A stretch of DNA of 62,948 nucleotides, the filler included, from Stramenopiles sp. TOSAG23-6 (Eukaryota): NCBI GenBank assembly GCA_900128565.1. It is 7 parts of 7 records of this genome, joined end to end, with 100 filler letters (N's around TTAATTAATTAA, not from the genome) between each part and the next. Parts side by side here need not be neighbours in the genome. Positions count along the whole stretch, not along the records: positions 41,180 to 51,325 come from LT636333.1; positions 51,426 to 61,478 come from LT636335.1; 5 more parts are not named here. One strand, 5' to 3'. The notes under the pieces were generated by a model. That model was not told the DNA's origin, ran no database searches, and worked only from the letters and a program-made list of their open reading frames with translations. Shown here piece after piece: positions 47,658 through 58,649 of the stretch (its first letter is position 1; the number at the start of each line of letters is the position of its first letter). A program made the position numbers and the translations under genes.

Positions 47658-50600
47658 ATGATAACCAAGTACATGTCAAATAGATTAGAACAAACTTGTT
47701 CTCTTTTATGGACTTTGATTAATGTTTTCTTCTTCCTCATGTTCATTTCTTATCACTACGCAGACTTCAAATTATATAACAACTATGCCATTCTCTCTGA
47801 AATATCAAGACCTAATTTACCATTTCCTACACGTAGTATATATAATCCGAATGCCAATTCTGAAAAGGCAAGCAACAGTATAGTAGAATTTTTTCCTGTT
47901 ACAATATCACTCAAGATTCTCGCGTGCGATCGCCCAAAATCTTTAGAAAGGCTAATAGCTTCAATTGACGCTGCCGAGTACCCGAAAGCTGCCATCATCG
48001 ACGTGGATATATTCATTGATTATCCGTCTGCAAATAGTGGAGTATTTCGTGTCGATCGTCACAAGCTTGTCATTAATATTGCTCATGCTTGGCAGTGGCA
48101 ACGAGGCCAAAAACACGTTCATGTCAGGAAAAATAATGTAGGTTTGTTACGTCAATGGCTTGAAGCATGGGAGCCTCGTATAGATCTAGTGAGAAGTACC
48201 AATGATGATATGTCTTTTTCCTCTTCAAAAGGATACAAGCATTATACAACTGCTCTTATTCTTGAAGATGATCTGGAACTTTCCCCAGTATATTATGTTT
48301 GTTTTCATCACTAATTTTAAATTTATTTTTTTTTCATAGAAAATTCCGTACCTAACGAATTTCACAATGAACATATTGTTTTTACAATACATTTATGGTT
48401 ATCAAAGACATTATGGACATATGGCCATCATGTATGTTTTATTTTTTTTCAAATTCCAATTTTTGTTTCGTACGAAATTTTGTACCTAACAAATTTTTTT
48501 TGAAATATTTTTCCAAAATACATCCATCTATTTCTGGCATATCACTCCAACGTCAGCTACTCGTTGCTAAAGGTGGCACATTTGATTTACCGTCACGTTT
48601 AATGTCAAATAATACTCAAACTCCATCCTATCTCTATCGGTTACCCGGTTCATGGGGATTTGCACCAGATGCATTACATTGGCACAATTTCCTCATTTGG
48701 TATCGATATAGAAGTGGCACTCAGGATTCTTTAGGTAAAGAATTTGGTACGGATTCAGTGAAATGGTCACCACTGTATAAAGGCTCTCCCACTGGTCCCA
48801 ATAGATGGTCACCAGTATATGTCCGTTTTCATCATGAATTTCAAATTTATTTTTTTTTTCATACGAAATTTTGTACTTACAAAAATTGTTTTTTTTTTTC
48901 GAAAATATTTCTCAAAATTTATGATTGTGAGGCCAAAAATGATGCATCGATAAAAGATTTGGTCACTTCAGAATGGTATTTACAATTAGAAGCGAGAGGC
49001 CAAGGCAATTCCATGTGTATTTTTTTATGATGAGCCCTACCTCTAATTTTTTATATTTTTTTGTATGAAAATTTCTTACCTAATGATTATTTATTGTTTG
49101 ACATATTTTTTAACCAACATGGACAATTTGGTTTATTTGTTATTGTGCAGAAAATGACTTATTTACTCTATATCCTAACTTTCACCCATATGCTATTGTA
49201 CGTCATTGGACAGATTCTAAAAGTCTTCATGACACGAATCATTTCGAAAAAACAAAAGATTCATTAGGTACAGGATTTAGTATAGAAAAAAATAACAAAA
49301 ATGATTCTATTTTTGTTTCCCCTAGAATCAAAAATACTGAGAATGGTATATATAATAGATTAAATAGAGATTATATACCCCAGCACGACATTGCTGGTGA
49401 TTCAATTTTCAATTTATTAAAAAATGTAAAAAGTGGTGAAAGAACTGACAGGAAAATATTATTTTTTGATTCTTTTCTTGTATCATTGAATATATACAGT
49501 AAAAAGTCTATTATGTCTTCTACGATACTTTCAATAGCAACAAAATTCAAATATGATTGGAATGGTGAAAAAATCCCAAATATTCAAAGTGATAATATGC
49601 ATGATTATAAATACTATAATAGTGATAATTTCTTTTCAGAAAATGATATTATACTCGCCAAATCTATTTGGCTATCTTCGAATAACAAAATATTAGTTGT
49701 GGCATCTGTCACTTATGGATTTCGTGCGCTTGCCTTAAATTGGTTGTGCTTTCTTGACAGACACGAAATATCGAATTATATTTTGATTGCACATGATATA
49801 CAATCTTATCTTTTTTTTACGGAACAAAATCGGAATGTTATTCTTTTTAAATATCCAAAAAATCTAAAACAAGCTGATAAAAGTAAAGGTAAAAATAATC
49901 ATACAAATATACATAAAAGTATATATAATTTGAAAGCGAATGATAACAAGCATTATATGTTTGGTACATTTTTATATCAACAGATGATTCACGAAAGATG
50001 TATTGCAGTGTTGACATTTTTAAAACTTGGAATGTCAACGCTAATCGCTGATATTGATTCAGTTTGGTTGAAAAATCCATTTCCTTTCATACCCTCTGGA
50101 AGCCCTAACCCTAAACATGATACACATATTCCTCTCATTTCAGCTACGCTGGATGGCTACAGGCGAGATGCATATTCAAATGAGTATACACGTCCTTGGG
50201 TTTGTGGTGGTTTTCTTTTATTGCAATCAAAAAGTGTTGTAATTTCACTTTGGACTGAACTAATTAAGAGACATTCATTTCTGTTGAACGATGCAAATTT
50301 GAAATTCTCTAATTCCAAAAATTCCGCAAAATCCAAAAATTCAGCCAAACATGAGGTCTCATTTTCGGAGCAGATTATTTTAAATGAACTTCTCTTGGCT
50401 AATAATGATTTCAATAATTTCAATAATCAATCATCAAAGGAAGTACTCAATTATAATTCAATCGAGATCCTTTCAAGAATTTTTTTTCCCAGTGGTAACT
50501 TAATCAAGTGGGAAAATTTCAAAGAGTTAAATTCAGAGGAAAAATCTAAAAGAAATAGTGCAATTATCATTCACAATAATTATATCAAAGGATTGCAGGC

Positions 50601-50661
50601 AAAGATTCTGAGATTTCAACGTGCTGGACTTTGGTTAGAATCTTGTCAACAACATGTATAA
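47658..50661 (+). CDS. Type II membrane protein with two glycosyltransferase domains (exons 47658-48296, 48393-48431, 48524-48820, 48923-49016, 49121-50661)
   Basis: DRPKSLERL, GLLRQWLEAW, LEDDLELSP, LYPN; second domain ADIDSVWLKNP, SEQ, HNNY..K..R (nucleotide-diphospho-sugar transferase/GT77-like). Confidence 0.8.
48297..48392 (+). mobile_element. Non-canonical GT..AT intron (96 nt, GTTTGT donor)
   Basis: Restores SPVYY|LWL; contains an in-frame stop. Confidence 0.85.
48432..48523 (+). mobile_element. Non-canonical GT..AT intron (92 nt)
   Basis: Phase 0 after a 39-nt exon; HH|PSISGISLQRQ. Confidence 0.85.
48821..48922 (+). mobile_element. Non-canonical GT..AT intron (102 nt, in frame, GTCCGT donor)
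   Basis: Family consensus; ORF reads through as a Phe-rich insert. Confidence 0.72.
49017..49120 (+). mobile_element. Diverged GT..AT intron (104 nt)
   Basis: Phase 1; restores SM-W-TIWFI and the frame into ORF 49486. Confidence 0.78.
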
Positions 50662-50933
50662 AATAATTGAGAAAAATATTTAGTTTTCAAATAAAATAGA
50701 TTTTTTTTTGGAAGTTTTTTTTTGGAAGTTTTTTTTTTCTCTTTTGATGGAACAAACCTGATTTGTTGGAGGTTTAAACTTTTTCCGAATTTCTCAGACC
50801 TGCACGTAGAGCCAGTGCACCCACATGCGCTCGCGTTCACACGCAGAGTTGTCTGGTAGAAGACAATAAAGGGCACCAATAATAATACCACAATTCAAAC
50901 ATAAGCATTGGCAAGGCTACAGTTCAATTCAAA

Positions 50934-51325
50934 ATGGATGCAAGCAATTCACGTAGCAGTTTCTATCAACGTTTGAAAATGTCTGCAAAACAAGGCGACA
51001 TGGCAGCACAGTATATTCTTGGTGCGTGTTATTATAAAGGTAATGGTGTAACTCAATGTTACAAAACAGCACTTATATGGTTTACAAAAGCTGCAAATCA
51101 AGGCCATGTAGAAGCACAGTTTAATCTTGGTGTGGGTTATTATAATGGTGGTGGTGTGACTCAATGTTATAAAACAGCAGTTAAATGGTATAAAAAGTCT
51201 GCAAAACAAGGCTATGTACAAGCACAGTATAGTCTTGGTGACAGTTATTTGAATGGTCATGGTGTCAATCAATGTTATAAAACTGCTGCTGAATGGTTTA
51301 CAAAAGCTGCAAATCAAGGCCACAT
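50934..51325 (+). CDS. Sel1-like repeat protein, 3' truncated
   Basis: 36-aa repeats AQYxLGxxYxxGxGVxQxYxxAxxWxxKAAxQG. Confidence 0.9.
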
Positions 51326-51425
51326 NNNNNNNNNNNNNNNNNNNNNNNNNNNNNNNNNNNNNNNNNNNNTTAATTAATTAANNNNNNNNNNNNNNNNNNN
51401 NNNNNNNNNNNNNNNNNNNNNNNNN

Positions 51426-51519
51426 AAAAATATTTCAAAAAAAAAACTAAAAATTGTTAGGTACAAAATTTCGTACGAAAAATAAATTCGATTTTTTGTT
51501 AAAAAAAAATAAAACTTGC
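51426..51519 (-). mobile_element. Repeat-family intron with GC donor, truncated
   Basis: AT|GCAAGTTTT, full core, contig end. Confidence 0.7.
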
Positions 51520-54500
51520 ATAAAATGTATCCAGATTTTGACCACACACGCCAATGAGTTTATACGTATCGGCATGTCTATTTTTAATATCTTTGAGGAG
51601 GTTTTCTTCATCACATGTATCATCAAACGACATATCATCATCACCGACAGAAAAAGCTGAATCTGAAAAACTAATAATTTCACAATCAATTGTAGCTGTG
51701 ACAATTCGAGCTCTGTTGTAAGCAAAAGAGGCTAATGAAGCAGCAATCTTTCGCACAAAAATCATAGCAAACGGTCTATGCGATTTTTTCAAAATTTCTT
51801 TTAATGTAATTTTCTTTCCACTATTGATTGTAGTAACTGTAGCTTTGTATATTGTGAAAAATATTTTAAATTTATGTGATTTTTGTTAGGTACAAATTTT
51901 CATACGAAAAAAAAATAAATTTGAAATTCATAAGGAAAACATATTTTCAATAATCGATTCGCTTCTTTTTTTAGATTTTTAATATCTTCCTCCATGCTTC
52001 CATCTTTAGGAAACTGCTCATGCATAGCGACCTCTTCCCATTTTATTGTAGAATCAAAATTATTTAAAGCTGATCTTGAACGGTTTCTGCATTTCTGGTC
52101 TTTGACGGAGGAAGATTCTAGCAAGCGATCATACGCAGAGTAGCGATATCTGAGACGATTCATTTTAATCTGATTTTTGACAGATTGATAGTCAGATTTC
52201 TGATACATCAAGGAAGCATGACGAGCGGCAATAACGATGCCTTTCAAAACTTTTCCTACTGCATCATCATTGACATCATCGACATTAGACATTACACATA
52301 GTGCAAAATATGTCAAATGCAACATTCCACTTGCAGGATCTATACGATCTATACGATCTATACTAGATGAATTTACAATTGGTAAAAAAGCCATGTATTG
52401 TGAAAAAATATTTCAAAAAATATTCGTTAGGTACAAAATTTACTACGAAAAAAAAACGAACTTGAAAAAAAAAATAAGACATACATCTCAATGAAATTTT
52501 GATCAAACAATCTATCGACGCATTTTTTTACACCATTACGAAGAATTTGTATTGGTGACTGCGTGACGAGTGTAGAATCACTGTCAATACCAAATGGATT
52601 GGGAGGAGGCGGTCCATATCGTAACACACTTTTATTTTTGACACCCTTTGAATTCGTATGAATTAATAAGCGCCAGGGTTCGCCTGGTAAAACTTCGACA
52701 TCAGCATTATTTCCATTAACTTCTAGAACCTTTGCTTTCAAATATGTTTTATTTATAACATCGCTTCTTGAAATACAAACGCCAACCTGATCACCTACAT
52801 TTAAAGCATCATCAGTATCATTAGTATCAAAACAACGCAATGGGATTTGTCATGTATTTTATTCTAAGTATGTCAAAAAAAGATAAATTGTTAGGTATAA
52901 AATTTAGTACAAAAACCAATATTTGAAAAGAAATGTAGAAAAAAAAATGAAAACGTACTATATATTCTTTTTGACATTTCAGAAATATTTACATTATTTT
53001 CAGAAAACTTCTGACAAATATTCTCCGTGTTTACTGCATCTTGAATATCTGCAGGTGTTAATATGTTTTTTTGTTTTTTTGTTTTTTGTGTTTTTTGTTT
53101 ATTGCAATTGTTTTTGGACGACGGGTACGATGTCGGAGAAACAACTTCGGCGTATTTAAACAGATCGACTTCAACTAAATTAACCTTTGATATAGCTTCA
53201 TTTGTTTTCAGATGTTTGATTGTTTCCTGACTATTTCGAGTTGATATTGTCAGTGGCAATACATCGATAAATGGCGAATTACCTCCAGAACCAGCACAAA
53301 CTTTACGCATAGTTTCTGGTGAGTGATAAGCGCGAAACATCAACTCAAAAGGAACAGGGCGGCCAGCATTAAAAACGCGATAGCCAAACATTCCATTCGA
53401 TTCTACACCATGTAGAATTTGAACTCCATCGAGCTTTCCTTGTAAACCAGATCCCTGCGAATGGAGATAACCTAGATTTAATGGTGTTCTATACAAAGGT
53501 TTATTTCCGACCATGTGCACCAACACAGCAATTTCATTTTTTCCATATTTGTTTCCAGGAAATCGACATATATTGTGAAAAGTATGTTATATTTGAAATT
53601 AAGTTAGATGTAAAATTTGATATAAAGAATAAATTTAGCATTTGAAAATAATCACATACAAGAGTCAAATGTTTTTGGTGCTAAATAATTTCGATCTCCA
53701 GTTGACGCAAGCCCTGTACAACAAGCTTGTTGTAAATGTGTAGCATTTACAAAATCATCCAAAATTGTAGAATCGATTTCATTTTCCAAACTTTTTAGTG
53801 TTTGTACAATATTTTCATGTGATATGACATTCAAATTGTTAAATGTTTTCGCAATGTCGACATGTGAAACTGGCGAAGTTTTTTCACAACCAGAAACATC
53901 GGAATGATATCCCATTTTGGGATGAAATGTTAAATAACGAATTCCACCAAAAGTAGGAGACACAATTTTATCAATCGTTCGACAATCATAGACATCAATG
54001 GCTGTAATAGCAGCACAAAGAAAATCAGTCGCACGAGCTCCAACCCTTATATTTTCTTTTTCAATATCGGTTTTCGGTTCTCGAGTTAGATCACTGGCCG
54101 CAATTGTTGCCTTTTTAAATGCGATATTAGTAATACCATGTAATAAAAAATATATTTCAAAAAGAATAATTGTTAGATATAAAATGTAAAACAATTTACA
54201 CAGATATAATATGTTAGAGAATAAAATACATTTGCAATTAATTTGTGACCCAAATTATTTTTAATGAAATCGTTTCCGGCCGGTGGAAGTGCAGTAGATT
54301 CATCAAGCGAATGGGTATCACGATACATCTGTTCAAGAATACCTCGATCTCGCGGATTATTTGAATATGATCGCATCGTGCAAGAAAACACAGATACATA
54401 TCGTTTCAGACAAAACTCTTGACCACGAAAACGTTCCGGCATTATTTCCTCATGTGCCGATTTGATCTTACTCCAAGTCTCGGCATTTCGTCTATTTTCT

Positions 54501-55987
54501 GGTTGGCCATTTGCTTTTGTATTACTTGCAAAAGCTTTACCGGAACTTAACGACCTACACATATCATCATTGTGATGAAGAATGCGCATTACCATGTTTT
54601 GAATCGTGTCTTCTTCGGTGACATTTAACGCAACCTTTGCTGCATGGGGGAGTTTTGAAATTATGCCATCTAACACATTTTTTACCTCAATAAAGCAGTT
54701 TTTTCCATTTACCAAAAAAAATATTTGAAATCGAATTTTTTTGTTAGGTACAACATTTCGTACAAAAAAAAAATAAATTCCAAAATAATACATTCGAATG
54801 ATGAAACCTACATATCTTCCATGTAAATAAATTTCATCTGGTTGATGCTCATAGAGCAAACCAATGAGGAGAAATAACGACTCCTTGGAAACTTTCGGTA
54901 AATCTGTATGGCCATGAAACGATACCTCAGGTTGCGTGAACTCTCGATTGATGAGTGGCAAACCATGCTTTTCCAAGAGATTCGCAATGTCGCAATAGTT
55001 TATTCCAACACAATCCGCAACATTTTCCAAAAAAAAAGATTCGACAAATTGGGCGTTGGTTTTATTTGGATATGTTGGGTGTTTTGGTAGATATCCTTTG
55101 CCAAAATCAAGACGACGATATGGACATTTTGGATCGAAAGTTCCTGGAGAAATGATATATTGTGAAAAATATTTCAAAAAAAAAGAAAATCGTTAGGTAC
55201 AAATTTTGGTACGAAATTGATACAAAAAAATAGAAATTAAAACGTACGTCCCGTCATCACCATTAGGTTGAGCATTAGTTGCTGCTGCTACATCTGCTGC
55301 TGCTACATCTGCTGCTTTATCTGCTGCTGCTGCTGCTTCATCTGCTGCTGCTGCTGCTTCATCTGCTGCTGCTGCTGCTGCTGCTTTGTCTGCTGCACAT
55401 TTGAGTATTTTTTTATACTCTCTTGAATACCAAGATTTGGCATCGTTAATTACATGATGGGCTTTAGCTGATGATTTTAAAATGCACTTGCCTAGGCTGT
55501 TCACATGCAAGTGATCCATGATTCTTTTTATCAATTTATCACCGTGTGTGATATTGCAGATTGCATGTCCAATAATTAATGGAACGACTTCATCACCAAA
55601 TGTCGTGTACATGTTGAATTCTTTAACTCCTCTTTTAATGCACAATTCACGACCAATATTAATCAGATAGGTTCTGAAAAACCCGTTTGTTCCAATGGCG
55701 ACACCACCAATGACCTCAGTTTGAAGTTCTTTGACATCTTCCTGGATCGTATTGCACAAATTAGATGCAATGGTTTCAGCGGTTTCTTCGTCAATATCAT
55801 CCAAAGAGGACAATTTCAACTTTAGAGTTTCCTCTGCGTGTTGATTTGATAAATAGCTCCTACCAACATCAGTCAGTAATGTTTCCAAACCAAAATTTTC
55901 ATCGAGTATCGCATCTCGAATATCATTAGCATTATCCATATTGGAAAGTGATCGTTTAACTAAATCATTGATTGTTGATTCGGTCAT
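51520..55987 (-). CDS. Large hypothetical protein, at least 1263 codons in 8 exons, 3' truncated
   Basis: Exons 55987-55248, 55154-54812, 54706-54230, 54137-53660, 53567-52959, 52851-52485, 52392-51945, 51846-51520 stay in one frame after removing seven elements. Confidence 0.75.
51847..51944 (-). mobile_element. Family member with AT..AC termini (98 nt)
   Basis: ATATGTTTT...CAATATAC, phase 0 on both sides. Confidence 0.75.
52393..52484 (-). mobile_element. Non-canonical GT..AT intron (92 nt)
   Basis: Phase 2, FIE-M-AFLP. Confidence 0.82.
52852..52958 (-). mobile_element. Non-canonical GT..AT intron (107 nt)
   Basis: Phase 1; shifting both ends by -1 or -2 creates TGA/TAA. Confidence 0.82.
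53568..53659 (-). mobile_element. Diverged GT..AT intron (92 nt)
   Basis: GTATGT...ATCTAAC...TATAT, phase 1. Confidence 0.78.
54138..54229 (-). mobile_element. Diverged GT..AT intron (92 nt)
   Basis: GTATTT...ATCTAAC...TACAT, phase 0. Confidence 0.78.
54707..54811 (-). mobile_element. GT..AT intron (105 nt, in frame)
   Basis: GTAGGT...GTACCTAAC...TAAAT; boundaries from consensus only. Confidence 0.65.
55155..55247 (-). mobile_element. Non-canonical GT..AT intron (93 nt)
   Basis: GTACG...TATAT, phase 2. Confidence 0.82.
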
Positions 55988-56719
55988 TCTTTGATTCGAT
56001 TAATTTATTTAAGTTTTCGGACAAAGATAATATTGTGTTAAAAACATGAGTGGAGGAGCTCTCATACGTAGTACTACTGCCGAAATTGACATTCAAAAAA
56101 ATGTAACTGACACAGAAACGGAACTCTACTAGTACTAGTAACGTATATCTACGTAAGTCAAAACTAAATCTTATCATTATCCCACACTGTAAAATCTTTT
56201 CTTTTCATTATACTCCCTATACCATTACCTGGTGATCCATAGGTAATGTAGAAGTTTCGAATGGTGTCTTTATAATACTCGCGTATTTCTTGCAGTGTTT
56301 CACATTTAGTGAGATGGTGTTTCTTTCTTAGCTGCGACGAAAAAAGTGTCGTTAGTTGTCTTTCGCATTGATACTTTCTGACCAATGTTTCGGCCGTAGC
56401 GTTGAAATAACCTTGTTGAAAACAAATAAAATGAGTCATCCTACATTCTTAGTAATAAATATCCGTAATATCTATTACTGGTTGAAGTTTCGTTGTTATC
56501 ACGTTTGAATCTATCATGATTGACATATTGACTTTCGCAATTCATTCAATTTTGTACCTGACATTTATTTTTGTAATTTTTTGTATACACTTATATAAAA
56601 GCTGTGAATAGCTTGTACCCAATAGTAAAGTTGAATGCAGTTTTGGTAACTTATCGAAAGAAAAAGTTAGAAGAATATATATTGGTTTAATTGGATTATA
56701 AACGTTTTTACATAAGAAA

Positions 56720-57037
56720 AAATATTTCGTAGATAATATTGTACCTAACGATTTTCGATTAAAAACGATTTTTGATTAAAAAAAAAAAAAAAATTTTGAA
56801 AAATTTATTACATTCCATATTTTTTGTTGTTTTTCAATTACAATTACGTAGGATATTTTTCTTATTACATATTATATTAGAAATTATATTGTTTATCATG
56901 TGTATCATCACTAAAATACGAAAAAATGTTCAAAAATTGTCAAAAATATTTCGTAGATAATATTGTACCTAACGATTTTCGATTAAAAACGATTTTTGAT
57001 TAAAAAAAAAAAAAAATTTTGAAAAATTTATTACATT
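56720..57037 (+). repeat. ~95-bp direct repeat carrying the family core (about 56720-56815 and 56943-57037)
   Basis: TTCGTAGATAATATTGTACCTAAC...TTACAT twice, outside recognisable genes. Confidence 0.75.
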
Positions 57038-58115
57038 CACGACATAATTAATGTCTCTAGTTTATTACAATCACTCACAATACAATTTATATTGCACATG
57101 TATATTATATATTATATGTATTACATGTACAATGATGTACAAACATTGTTGAAACACATTTTATATCTAGGGTTAGGGTTATAACGTTTTGGTAAAAAAT
57201 TTCTTACCAAAGAAAAAAAAATTCAAATTAGGATTTTGTCACAATTATTTCAGAAATTTGATCAAAAACTGATGTTCTAATAAAAGATAAAAGATAAAAG
57301 TCAGCAAAGAAAGTTCAAAAGATTTGCTAATGACAAATCATCCATAAATCCAATGATCGTGCGTGACGAAAAAAATATCTTTTATTTTATTATATGAAAT
57401 GCGGATTTCGTGTTTTTTTTCCATCAAATCAGTAAATATTAAATATTTCATGATTTTTTTTATTATACATATGCCCTAACCCTAACCCCACCCATCCATA
57501 CTATCACGCTTCGCTATTAAAACCCTAATTATATTAGTAAATGTGAAAAAAAAAAGAATATTTTCAACATATTGTAAATATTTCAATGTTTTTCATTTAT
57601 ATATTTTTTTGCATAACAATAAAATATTCTTGGATATAACCCGTAATATTTATATATATTCCTGAAATGAATAATATATTGTATATATTTATATCATATA
57701 AATTATAATTATATTTACATATAATTTATTGTTGATATCAATGTACATTCAAAAAAATGTACGAAATACATTGAAACTTTTTCGTAAGAAACTTTGTACA
57801 TACATTTTTTTTTGTAAAAATTTTCAAATTTTTTCAATTTGAGATTTTGCGTAATGAGAAAAAATATTGAAAAAAAAGTCGAAATTCGTGTTTGCGGAAT
57901 AATCACTCCAATACAAATTCAAAATTATTTTATTGATACAAAGTGTAACAGTTCCTCAGCCCAATTTTTACAGTTACTGGATGGGCTCAGTGACAGTTTC
58001 AATATACTTTGAATATAAATATATTTCCAAAGTTCCATATGTATTGCTATAGTGTAGTTCAGTTTGCTGGGGTCCAGAAGTAATTATACTTTGTTCATTT
58101 TCTTCCATCACCTAA

Positions 58116-58262
58116 GTAAATGCGAGAGTTCCGTAAAGTACGAGAGTTCCGTAAAGTGCGAGAGTTCTGTAAAGTGCGAGAGTTCTGTAAAGAACGAGAG
58201 TTCCGTAAATGCGAGAGTTCCGTAAATGCGAGAGTTCCGTAAATGCGAGAGTTCCGTAAATG
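58116..58262. repeat. 18-19 bp minisatellite (~8 copies)
   Basis: GTAAA(G)TGCGAGAGTTCC units head to tail. Confidence 0.9.
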
Positions 58263-58649
58263 ATCTTTGAACAGTGTTACCGGTTTCCTATTATTGATTC
58301 GACACGGAAACCTATTGCTTCACGAATTCATATATGTCAAATCTTCCCTCCCTCTCTTTTATTGACCTCTCTTATAAGAATGTCCTATTGGTCCACACTG
58401 TTTAGTGCGTCAGCAATTCAAAAATTCAAAAATTCAAAATTTCAAAATTTCAAAATTTCAAAAATTCAAAATAAATTGAATTCAAAAATTCAAAAACCGT
58501 CAGTGACCATAACCGTTTTTTCAGTTAAATTTCTAAATCTATACTACTACTAGCTAGTAGCTACTGTATACTACTCGTAGTCTCTTGCAAGTATACACTA
58601 CAAAGCTACAAAGAAAACAAAAAATGTTATAGCAATGTAAATTTTATTA

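Noticed and set aside
56164-56439. Small ORF as the transposase or maturase for the intron family
   Set aside because: 91 aa with no DDE, HUH or RT motif that I can recognise
58116-58262. CRISPR-like array
   Set aside because: Units are head to tail with no unique spacers; eukaryotic context, no cas genes
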